From Mizuhopecten yessoensis (taxonomy: Eukaryota), in NCBI RefSeq assembly GCF_002113885.1, contig NW_018406552.1:698308-762307 (forward strand): 64,000 bases of DNA, in the 5' to 3' direction. Positions 50,376 to 62,902 of the stretch are shown here, piece by piece. Position numbers and translations under genes: made by a program. Position 1 is the stretch's first letter; each line of letters begins with the position of its first letter. The notes under the pieces were generated by a model. The model ran no database searches. It saw only the letters and a program-made list of their open reading frames with translations, and was not told where the DNA came from.

Positions 50376-52234
50376 TGTTCTGTAATAGATGCAAAATCAA
50401 TTTATGATCTATTTATTATTCTAGAATGTGTTATAAGACTGTGATATACATGTAGATGTAAAAGAAAAATACAAACCTTTTGCGTGTATCCTTCGACACA
50501 ATCTTATGAAGTCTATTTGGTGTCCTCTGAGAGTGTGAATATAATGCAGATTTCCGAGCAGTATCTATGAACACTTCAAGATAAAGTTCGACCTAAGATA
50601 AGGCCGAACATCTCGGTCAAGTTATTGTCATTCATCATTTTGGAGCTGAACAATCGACCATTTCAGTTTGTTTTCTTATAATGTGATATCTTTTAATCAG
50701 GTTTGCTCAAAGAACTGATAATATCTTAAAATTTGTTGCAAATAATGCTACTGCTTTGTTGAAGATATGATTTATGTTATCATAGATAAGTGCATTGGTG
50801 TAAATATATGAATCGTCATGAGAGAAAACAACTATCGTTTCTAAAATAGCATTAAAGTCTCATTAACTTTATGGCCGATAACAAAATGATACAAACTTAA
50901 TTAATATTCATATGCATATTTATATACTCTTTTTATAGAGTTGATAATTTTCGTCTGCAATGATAAAAAGGAAATGAATTTACAAGGTAATTATGGTAAA
51001 CAATATATTTTTGTTCTGTTTCTATTAATCGCTGGGACATTTCCGATGATTTATGATATTACCACTACACTTAAGCTGCGTGAATACATCTGAATAAGTG
51101 ATTTCTCCCTATTTTGGTATCGTAGAACAACAAAATGATGTCTATGTAAACAGTTAAAGGTAGACCAATTATAGTAATTAATTATTAATCATCAACGTTT
51201 TTACCTGTATCTTTACATTGTTGCTGTGTTAAACTGGTTTTGCATCACCTTTATTTATATATTTTGGCACAGTTGGTGAACTCGCTTGGCTGATTGTTCG
51301 TTGAAATCGTCTAACTAAACAGCATGTAACAACAAAATTAAATGATAACAAAATACACCAATACTTTAAGTATTAAAGTTTTATTAATTACAAATTGCAA
51401 AATCATATTACATTTGCAATAGACACTAGGCAATTCAACAACAAAACATATCATCATTTTTATAATATTAAGTACCAGTACATGCTTACAAAGACAAAAA
51501 AAGAAGTAAATATTGCACTATTATATATCACATTGACAAAAACAGAAAATGAAATATAGCAGCATAAAATATGTAGAAAAAAATAATATAGCACTTATAC
51601 AAGCAGAATTGCAAAGTGGTCTCCAAGAAACCTTATGTTTGAAGTTGTAATAATACATCGATTAGAGTTGAATATGTTATTAAAATAATATTGATATCAT
51701 TTTATATTCATTGTATCATCAGCACCAGCTTTAAATTGATATAAACTACGTTAATATCAAAGGAAACACAGGTAAATCAAGGAAATACAAATTAACCACT
51801 TTTACGACGTGTTAAAATACCACCAGTAATTGAAGGGCTATATGAAGATACTGCTTTTTAGTGAATATTACCTGTAGGCGCTCATCATTTAGGTCACATA
51901 TATGGTATGAACCTTCTTATTTCAATACCATATGTTTAACATATTACAATTCAATATGCTTACAGTAAAATTGAAAATGAAATAAATACATAAAAGTCTA
52001 CATACTGCGAAAGAACATAATTATAAGCTTGTTTCTCAAGAGTGGGCGAACGGACCTTGTACATGGTATGACCTTTTTACAAATATAGTTGTTTTATCTC
52101 TTGCGTGATTGTTTGCACTGGGCATTTACTCTTATCTTAGAACATGTCGGCTCCATATGTTCAAACAGCAATTGTTCACGTCTATAGATATGCTTTTTTT
52201 ATTGTTCCATGACACAATTTTGTAATTTCATTCT

Positions 52235-52540
52235 TTGGATACATATAAACTTGATAAAAATATTGACATTAATATAAGTACAATTCTAATTTGGGTCACA
52301 GGAGATACTAATAAAACAAAACCAACTAACATCATCATTACATACACTAAATACTACATATTCTGTAATGCAAAGAAAAGAAATCTCTTAATAATAGGAT
52401 TGAAAGAATACCTAACTCAAACATTTACACACGAAATTACCTTGTCACAAAAAATATGCAAATCCAAAAATTCAACAAAACTTGGAATGAATGGAAAAAC
52501 CTATTTACCTAGTAAAAACCTAGTCGAAAAAAATATTTGA
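52235..52540 (+). mobile_element. 3'-terminal relic of an L1/Tx1-like LINE ORF2
   Basis: NIIITYTKYYIF..K...GLKEYL....EI.L then, after a frameshift, QKFNKTWNEW: the typical pattern of L1/Tx1 ORF2 C-termini. Confidence 0.5.
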
Positions 52541-53204
52541 AAATCATAGCCAAGTGATGAACTTCAAATAGTTGGTCACCCATATACCCTTATGAATTAC
52601 AATAATTAAATATTGTTGTCTTTTTTATATGTATTTGTAGCCTTTTATACACATTAATATATACAATGTACATATAGATGATTAAGTGTTAACTTGCTAA
52701 TATACATGTGTTTTATACACCCAAAAAAGGCATAATGGACTCTGTTGAGATGTATTTGTTGTGTATAGTACAGGTCCATATGTATATGTGAATATATGTA
52801 TAGTATACATGTGTATGTGTAGCAGTGTACAAACGTGTGCATATCCGCATAAAATACAAACAAGTTTATACAAAGTAAAACGATTTTTATTGTTTTCTTC
52901 TGTTTATATGTCAAATTGTAAACTTGTACAAGTATAACATATGACAATACCAAATTGTGTACTGTTTTCTTATATATTATCAAATCCTTACCTATTAATC
53001 TCAATAAAATAAATCCCCTTTAAAGATTAAAAAATACCCGTGTGCTTCTTGTTATCTGTGTCGCCTGAATGACACGTATAGGTAACAACCTATCCCATTT
53101 GCACGTGCAAATACCACCAATAGCGACACCTATTGGCGTATATCATAACAAAGAGAAAATAAGTACACCCTAATTCCTACCGTCAACCGGTTGAAATGAT
53201 ATTA

Positions 53205-53520
53205 TATTATTTTATACTGTATACCTATAATGTATTACAATGTCAAATTGTTTACTGTATAACTATAACATATATATCACAAAGCCAAATTGTGTACTGT
53301 TCAAGTATCATGTATCACAATTCAAAATAGCATACTGTATAAGTATAACATCTCACAATTCAAAATTGTATAATGTATAACTATAACATATCACCAGGCA
53401 AAATTGTTTACTGTATACGTATAACATTTCACAATGCCAAATAATATACTGTACAAGTATAACATCTCACAAAATTATGTACTGTATAAGAATAATGTAT
53501 CTCATTGTCAAATTGTATAG
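53205..53520. repeat. ~38-bp degenerate minisatellite
   Basis: About 8 units resembling CAAATTGT(G/T)TACTGTATAA(C/G)TATAACAT(A/C)TCACAA; two more units near 52908-52965. Confidence 0.8.
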
Positions 53521-53559
53521 TGCATTCCTTTAATGACTAATGTGCGTACATCATACGAG

Positions 53560-53790
53560 CGTATCTGCGTGTGTGTGTATGTGCGTGCATATGCACATGT
53601 GTGTGTATAGATGTGCGTACATATGTACGTGCGTGCATGTGGAATTGTGTATGTGCGTATGTATGTAAACTTTGTATGTGTGTGGGTGTATGTATGTATG
53701 TATGCATGCATTTATGTATGTATGTATGTATGTTATGTATGTATGTTATATATTATGTTAAGTATGAATGCATGCATGTTTGTGTGTTGG
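53560..53790. repeat. TG/TATG-rich low-complexity repeat
   Basis: (TG)n and (TATG)n runs; explains the Cys/Met/Val/Tyr ORFs at 53508-53945. Confidence 0.9.
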
Positions 53791-54794
53791 TGTTTATGTT
53801 CACATGTAACTGTTTTACTATGTATTACGATAAAATATATATGTTTTTTGTCTATGAATAAAACAAAAACAAAACAAAAAATTGTATATACGCAATGACA
53901 GGACGTTGGATAACATAAATGTTGGATAAGATAAGTTTTATGCAAAATTTTCTACATGGGTTATTTGATACCGTGCCTTCTGTCCATGACATCATCACCG
54001 TATTAAGTAATGATATTTCGATTTGAAGTTTCTTGGTTATACTTTGAAACTTACAAAATGTTCAAATAAATATCAGTTTTATAAATTCATTTCGTTTCAG
54101 ACTATAAGTGTTTATGATATAAATTTATATTATGCTCATAATCATATTTTTGGAGAGGGATCATGGATACCTTTCTAAAGTCATTTTAATGACTACAGGG
54201 AATGTGTTTGCTCTTTAATTTTTATGAGATGGATTAATTTGACGCCGACTTCTAACTGTATTGAAAAAAAATCATTTTCTTCTCATTGTAACACAGCGGG
54301 CATGAAAATATTTCGCATCCGTCATGACAGTATGGTAAATATACCGCAGCGATAACGCACAAGATCAAAAGGTCGTAATGAGCGAGCGGGCGGACAACGG
54401 ACAGTCGGACGGATTTGTAGCTAATGTGTTGTGTTCTCTGGTCAAGTTTTTGAATTATTTATGTTATTGTATTTTTTAGCTTTTGAAATTTCCATTGTTT
54501 CCTTTTGTATTTTATTTATCAACTTTATTTATATTGTATTATTGCGTTGTCGCATATTAAATGTAACTGTGATATACTTCGTCTCTGTAATGTTTGCTTA
54601 AGCATAGAACACTCTTTATTGCTAGTCAGATAAGGTATTGATCCCAAACACTTGAATTAAAAAATACCATAAATCATTAACGTGATGTTTATAGCAACCA
54701 CTCAAGACGTTTCCTTTTCATTTAAGTCCACAAATGCACTATACATGCATACCGGATTGTATGCACATGTTATCGGTGTAGCTCTTTTTCCAAG

Positions 54795-57700
54795 ATGTCA
54801 CATACAGCATTTATATGCCTTGTTTCTGCCTTGATTCTTGCTGGTGTTTGTATCAGGTAATTTTGAAAGAATGATAGTATATATTTGTGACACAGTTATA
54901 CTTGCAATTGCAACTTTTGTTGATATGTTTTTTACAATAATGTGTATTGTATTTCAGATTATCGTCAGCAACCAAGCCAACACATCGGATTCGACGTCAA
55001 ACATCGTATGTAGATATGTTTAACGATTCGTGTTTTTACATTATGAGTACATATTTGATATTTCTTGTCGAATATTTGTTTCAGTGATAATTCAGACCGT
55101 CACAATAAAATATTGAAAACTATTTATTCTATAAAAGTGATATATTTCACTGAGTGACAAATATCAAAATGATAGTGAAAATATCGTTTTCATCTGTTTT
55201 CACCAATCGAAACACTGATAACAAATCACCAGGAAAACTCACTTATCCTGATGATGAAAAATCTGCCCAGAATAATCACCTGTTACCAACATGGGGGACC
55301 ATAATCTGGGGGAAAGACAACGTTTAATTCCATACTCAATTTTTATTTTCATACAAACCAACACACTATGCAGGTCAGTTGTTTTTGATCGGGGGGAAAG
55401 TCAAATGAGTCATCTCTGACAGTGACAATGGCGCTTCCAATTATAAACCACTCATAGTATTCTGAGTTGATATGACGGGACATTTATCAAATAATTGAAT
55501 TTTGATAGTAATTTCCATAGTCTTTGATGAAAATGCGAACTTAAGTACCTACTATTTTAACATAAGTAATTATAGGAATTTAATAATGAGTTTTTATAAA
55601 ATACCAAAATATTGACACATATTTTGCTGCGTATGATTGTTTATTGTCAGTTTCATGTGTCGCTACACGTTCCAGGGTAGGTTTTTGCTGGTAAAAAGTG
55701 TAGTACTCGTGAAAGATACCAATATGTCAGCAAAACTCGTAAAATACATTTCATTATCACAAAAGGACTAATTTATATTCTCTGAAACTGAATTCGAAGC
55801 TTATTAAAACTTAAAAAAAAAAAAATCAATGGTGACATTTAAAAACATTATGTTGAAATAGGATATGCATTTATTTAATCAAACTATTAATCTGTTTCAA
55901 CTGTTATAACACTCTTAATGGTGTTTGGACAGGATATATTCCAATTATGAAGAAAATATGTACAACCATAAGCCTTGACATTCAAATTATCTAATAAAAT
56001 ATGTTTTGCCTGTTTTGATTAAGGCTTTGGTGGAGAACTTCATCTTCTAGTTCTTCAGGATATCAAGGTAAATACTTTCAGTGTATTCCAAAAAACGTTA
56101 ACGATGACTTCCATCCAAAGAGAAGATTGAACGTTTAGAAATTCTCATTTAGCACTTTGGTCGCAGATAACACAAGTTGATATACTTCAAACATTCAAAC
56201 ATTGTGTATGAAGATTTAACAAAGATTTTAATTTATCAATGGATTTAGAAAAGAAAATTGTCTTTAACTTCCAGTCGACCGAAGTATACACTTAAGCATG
56301 AACACAATATGTTTGCAGCTACACTTCTTTTTGAATTTGTATTTTTTATATTTCTGTCTTGCTTGATGGGCGGATTGCCGCTTTTTCTTTTGCCTGCACT
56401 GTCGCTTATATATCTCTGCTTACCTATTTATATAAGCGATACATATCCAATGAAAATATGTTTGTTTGAATCAAGTGTCTGAATTAGCCGTACCGTCCTT
56501 ACTATGTATGATACCTATATATATATTTGTGTCTTTGTGTGCGTGCAGGTTATTTACATGTAGTTCCCAAAGAATTTCAAAGACAATTATCTCCTTTATT
56601 CTTATTACGGAAACACGTTTACCTGTCAAATGAATTATAAGAACATAATTTTTTTTCACGTTACTAAGGCGTCATAATAAAATCACCTGTTGGAAATCTT
56701 GTTCTCTATAATTTTATGGATTTTTTTTTATCTATTAAACAGATTTTAGTGAATGCAATTAACTATTATTATATATTTACTGGTGAAATGTCAGGAATTA
56801 ATAATTAAAAAATATGAATATTATATCTAATATGTGAAGATATGGCTTTGAATATTGTCAATGCAGAACGGTAGTTTCTGTAAAGATTTTTTTTATTAAA
56901 AGTCAGATGATTCGACGGCAGAATAATTGGTTGTATAGATAAACCTTTGAAACAAATGTACGGTATGAATATAACTACAAAATTGATATAGTTTTTGTTG
57001 GGAAATCTTACCAGTTGATAGCAGCAAACGGCAGAATTGCAGTAAGTTACTGTTCATTAAATAGGAAAAGCACATGACCTTCTTCTTGAATCTGGACACT
57101 TATTACTGATATCGGTGTGCCTGTAACAAGGAAACTACCTTGCGTTGAAGTACCGTTGAAGTTATGGCAGCATTTCCACAATAGCACACTTCTCAAAAAT
57201 CGCAGAACCAATGTCAGCCACTGTTGACAAAACCATCATTTGGAAATGTGTAAAAGAAAGTGTAATAGAATGTTTAATAGAACGTGTTAAATTGATGACT
57301 TAAACACCCCGGAAACTAAGTGCGAGATACAAAAGCGGCAACTTTGAATATCTGTTTAAAAGATTTTACCTTTAGATCAAGTACTATCAGAGCTGAATTA
57401 ACGGTTATTGCATTTTTACCTATTACATGTAGTCACCAATTTTGTCGCTGAAAGGGGTCATATTTCCAATCAAAACAAATAGGCTGGAGACAAGGATATT
57501 GGTCCCACTAGGTCGCTGACTCTTCAGAGTCCTTGTGGGGGAACCCAGGAGGGTTAAATATTGCTTTTTTAAAAACAAATACAGATATACTTTTGTATGA
57601 AGATATGTAAAGGGTTAATTATTAAACCTTTTTCTAGACGTTATGATAAATGCGGGAGTAGGGCCTTTGAAGTTGGCAAACGGGACCTGTTCTATATGTA

Positions 57701-60700
57701 TGGAAATAACACAACTTTCATTTAGCAGGGGTAAGATAATTTAACACATGCAACATCGGTTGTATTGTAAGAACCGGAGAAAATCATTTTATTTTAAAGT
57801 TCTCGATTTAATTTAACCGAGTTACCGAAATTATCAGACGACCTTCATTATACATTTCAAATACTTCTCTTATATTTTTCTGAAATTTGCCAGTCTATTT
57901 TTTTATATATATATATGGATGTATCAGGGCTCATACTCAATATTTTGTTTGAATTTGCTCACTTGTTACCCAAATGCGGCCTTACCTAACGTCGATGGTT
58001 GCATATCGTATTGTGACAAAAACAAAATAACTTAATGTAGAATAAACCCTTTGCAAGTCTTAGCAGTTAGAGACGTATTATGCTTATGGTCTTGATACGA
58101 CGCACTGAAATAGGTCAAATTACCAAAGGGCAAATGCCATATTCCTGTTGGCCTCTGGTCTTTGGATCTATGATAGAATACAATTGGAGCTGTTTAATTC
58201 CGTCAGGCATTGTGATATATTTTATTAAACACCCAACATCTTGTGATTAATATGAGCAAGATCCGTAAATAAAACAATAAATGTGTCTGTTCTGCTGTCT
58301 ATCACTGAAGTACTTATAGACGCTTACATATAATGTTTTGCAGTTTGTTATGATCAAACATATTTTTTTATCTAGATTTGTTAGTTTTCTATATCAATAA
58401 AATTATGTTGTATAATACACTAATAGAATAGCTATTTATAAAGAAAGAATGGTGTCTACAAAACAAGTTTTCCTTTTTGGAATTGTTTACATTTTGTCGA
58501 AATCATGCTGAAAGTAGCAGTCTGTATTAACTATCATAGCGAAGATTTCTTCTTTTTGAAAACTTCTAAATAATGTTATTATTTGCATATTTGACCGTAA
58601 TTTTGATTTTTGACACTAAAAACCTATATGGTATTAATACTACATAAAAAGGCCGCTCACACCTAAATATGTGCGTCTCATCAGATGGTGTTTGACATTG
58701 GCTGTTTCCCCTAATAGAATTCTGTTAACTTTTTTCAGAAAATACCTGTATACAAAAATGCTACAATGGTGGGGTATGCTACAACATAAACAAATGTAGA
58801 TGCACCTCACAATACAAGGGTACGACTTGTGAAGAACGTAAGTAATACAGTCATTAATTATGTTGGTATGATGAAATATTAGAGACATTATGAGACCTTT
58901 ATATTTTTATTTATGTAAATGCAATTGTTATGTTCAAACGCATAATTTAATCTTTATTATAGTCTCATATCCCAACTTCAACAACAATTTGTTATTGGTT
59001 ATAGTTAGGGATCTGCCACTACAAAATTAGAAAACATGATTTTCACAATTGCTGGCTGCTGCATTTGAATCATTTTTTTTTTCAGCTATTTGTAATGCAG
59101 CATGCAGTATACATGGCAACTGTATTCTTCCGAATGTATGCCAGTGTAGTACTGGATATGAAGGCAAACTTTGTGACTCAGGTTAATATACACATTTATA
59201 CGTTTTTTAGAAAAGAAAGGATGTACAAAACCAAAGGTACTACAAGTGTATGAGAGAAATTTGGCCAACAATCAATTTATTATACTTTTTGTACCATCAT
59301 TACTACTTTCGCTTCATGAATATCCAATAAATGTCAGAAGCCATATCATGTTTACCTTGATGGCCACAGTAATCGCTTTTGGGTGACACACATTTGTAAT
59401 GAATTCGAAACTAAGCAGTGCTCTGGGTTTTTTAAATTCATAAATTAAAAGTTTTGAGATACCTTCCCCTCTGTTTCATCAGTAGTTTAGACCTACTTGG
59501 ATTTCAATTATTTTCTGCCCCTAGCATCACCGATAAGACCTCAAAGGTGAAACAGCTGTATGACACAGTACAATTAATTCTGGGCATACTGTATCTGTTA
59601 CTAAATCTCAAAGGCGCAATCACCTCTGAGTGTGTGTTACGTTCGTCTTTTTACCTAATCATTATGTTTTTCCAACTCATACCAAATTTGAAGATATTCT
59701 GATTTTCCACTATATATGTGATTGTTTATTGTATCTGAAGACGTCTCTGTTCATATTTCACTGGTCGGAGATAAAGAATTTCCTTAAAAAAGATATGCAG
59801 GATTTAAAGGACTCGTAAGGCTAAGTTATGAATTGTTGAATATATTGAAACGTTTAATGGGTATATTGTTAAGCAAGTAATGCTGCACCCGTTCTCAACG
59901 TACCATATAGTAACTGTTACATAGCAGAAATGGAGTTTACCCGTTGAAATATTGTATGATATTGTTGTGCCCAAAATGTGCAATACATACTATTTGTGAA
60001 CTATTTGAAACTCAAAAACGCATATTAAGACGATGAATCGGATATTCCAAAAAATCTAAAAGAATCTTTCTATTTACATCCTAAAGCTATCTGTGTTCCT
60101 CAATGTCAAAATGGTGGCAACTGTTCAATGCCGGGGGAGTGTACATGTGACTATGAATATACTGGGGGATCATGCGAACAAGGTACTGTATAAAATAAAT
60201 TACAAATTTTGTATTGTAAGCTGTTCGTTTACGCTTGCATATTTTAAAATAATATATTTTGAGGAGATAAATGGTGTATTTCTAACATTTTTAGCAATAT
60301 ATTGATTTTCCTGATACATTAATTGAATTTAAAGCATGTTGTATAAATTATAGTATTCTATTAAAAACATAACACATTTGTCGACATACAAGGTAAAAAT
60401 CGGAACTATACGACAAAATACAAGATCACAGGAGATGCATACCAGAGAGAAAGAAAATTATATCGATTTATAGCTGTTTTTGTATGATGTATCTTCTTGT
60501 TGTTTTTTACTATCATTGGGATTGCATAAGAACTATTGTATATGTTGGAAAAGACTTTGAATCACAAACCATTTATCTTCAAAAACTGCTTCTACTTACA
60601 AGATTTTTTTGATTTTTTTTTAAATAATAGCTATTTGCAAGAATGAATGTTTGAATGGAGGAAAATGCACTTCACCAGATGTTTGTAAATGCACCAAGGG

Positions 60701-62902
60701 ATATACAGGATTTGTTTGCGAGAGTGGTAAGTATATGAAGTATATTGGAATGTTTTGTTTGATGTCTCGCCATCGGATCAGAACGAGACCCTTTCTGTTG
60801 ATATAAACGGTATGATTTTAAAGGGACTGTCAACACATTTTACATGGCATTATCTGGTGAATATTGAATAAATTATGAATATTTTTTATCCCTCTTCGTA
60901 AATATAAAGCTTAACCCAGGCATTAATGTATATAAGGGTACATTTCATTTACACTGTTACTATTAGGTTATGTTGCAAGTAAATATGTACGCGCAGTGTC
61001 TATTTAAGCAAGTAGTGTTGGAATCCAATTTATTTTTGCACTTTAGGAAGTCTCAAACAGTTTTTCCAAATGTAGAAGCATATATTGCAACTTGGGGCAG
61101 GGGTTCAATTTAAGTTTATTGTCTGTTAGGAAGGTGTTTTCGAAGAAACATCGAAATCTGCAGGGTCCCAATTTTAACTACTAACAACATTGCTAATTTG
61201 TAATTTACCGTGGTGTCTAATGTTTTGCTGGCTTAGGTTGTTTGTCATTGAAATTGCATACTGTATTTTGATAAAATGACGTTGTGTTTGTATGATTACA
61301 ATTCAGCTATTTGTACGAAACCCTGTTTGAATGGAGGTTCTTGTATTGCACCGAACATATGTGCATGTGCTTCTGGGTACTTGGGAGCCTTCTGTGAACT
61401 CGGTAAGGTATTAATTACATATTCATGTGTCGTATATAATAAGGAAAAGCATTGTCTTTGAATAAAAAATATGTTATTGCAGTGTACTTTACACTATGTA
61501 TACAAGTAACTAATAATATGATCGTTTTTTCATAAGGTGGGGACCCAGACTCTTTCCTGAGCCCTTCCTATCACTTCACCAATAAACAAACGGGTAACTT
61601 ATTGTCATGGTATGAGGAGGAGCCACTCTCAATATTTGGCAAAAGTTGTCTTGTAAAGGTTGAAATTTTGGTAAGAGAATATAAAGACTTTGAAATATTT
61701 GAAAATATGAAAACAGCTTAATTAAATCAGAAGTAAATAATTCAGTTTGCGATTAAATTGTTGTTACCATCAATTACAAAATAGTTGCAATCATCTGTTA
61801 CGTCAACAATTATTGACTGATACGTTTATCTCTCTCCTGCTTACTGACTAATGTAATACACACACATAAGTTATATAGAATACAAAACTAGCAATTATGG
61901 CTTTGTTTGACTAAATACTCTTTAAAAAAAACCAGAAAAATCATCTTAATACATTTGACATAGGAATATGATATTTAATCAGGAATTTTGTTTTTGAAAT
62001 GTGATTATAGCAGGCTATGTTTAACATGTTTGATATTAATTCGATCTACATATTGCTTTTTAATTTTTAACCTGTGAACCGGTAACTTATAATATTAATA
62101 ATATTAAACATCCTTTTTTTTCGATGTAGAATGCAGATGTAGAAACCTTACTGACAGCAACAAGCTACACATCAACTGGAGAACTCTTTGGAAATTATAC
62201 GGTTGGTGGAGCCGATCATGGTCTGCGAAGTAGCGGAACTAATCGGGCTGCGTGTCTTGAGTTCCGGTGTCCATCAGACATTCGTGAGGATTCTGTTATT
62301 GTCAATGTCACCATAGCTACATCCCGGCAAAACTGCAATATTACGTAAGTGTGTCGCTTAAGATTCAGATCGAAAGATCGATATGTGAATTGCAATGGTA
62401 TGAAAACCTAACAGCAATATGTTGTAATATTTATTATTCGTGTTGCTAATTTTTTGTTTTAAAGACTATTATTTCAGAAATTAGATATATTTGTCAGAAA
62501 TTAGATACATTGATCAGACACAAAGTTATTATTTGAGAAACTTATTTTTCCCACTTTTGCGATGCCTTTGAATCAGTAGCGGTTTTCAATATTATGTTTA
62601 GTATTAGACCGTAACACATGCGTCATCCTTCAATAGTAACCTTATGGCCCCGTTTTTGTTTCAGCAAACTGTCACCTTTATTGAATGTCATGGCTGGATA
62701 TGACAGTAACGAAAACCAAGAGGTGGCATTTCAGGTGCTACCACATAGAGATTATGGATCCATGTATGGTATATACATCACCTATGGACTTCGTCAAAGG
62801 ATACAGTATATTGGCGAAAAGATGTGCCGAAGTGGTACAAACTACGGCGGAGATAACGTTGTGCCAAGTGACGGAACTGCTTTAATTTATACTTGCAATT
62901 AG
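54795..62902 (+). CDS. Secreted 4xEGF + half CILP C-terminal module protein (gene D), ~405 aa. Exons: 54795-54856, 54958-55005, 56024-56067, 57638-57730, 59086-59181, 60087-60182, 60631-60726, 61307-61402, 61537-61670, 62130-62344, 62665-62902
   Basis: Signal peptide MSHTAFICLVSALILAGVCIRLSSA, then TKPTHRIRR. Four 96-nt phase 1-1 EGF exons (e.g. AICTKPCLNGGSCIAPNICACASGYLGAFCEL). Then SWY..SCLVKVEIL|, NRAACLEFRC, DYGSMYGIY, MCRSGT and ALIYTCN with the shared phase-0 and phase-2 introns. 1218 nt in frame. The last seven exons are firm; small exons 3-4 rest only on splice sites and phase fit. Confidence 0.8.

Noticed and set aside
53508-53945. Cys/Met/Tyr-rich small proteins
   Set aside because: Translations of TG/TATG low-complexity repeats.
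54795-62902. Calling gene D WIF1
   Set aside because: The EGF repeats are WIF1-like, but no WIF domain is recognisable and the C-terminus is CILP-derived.
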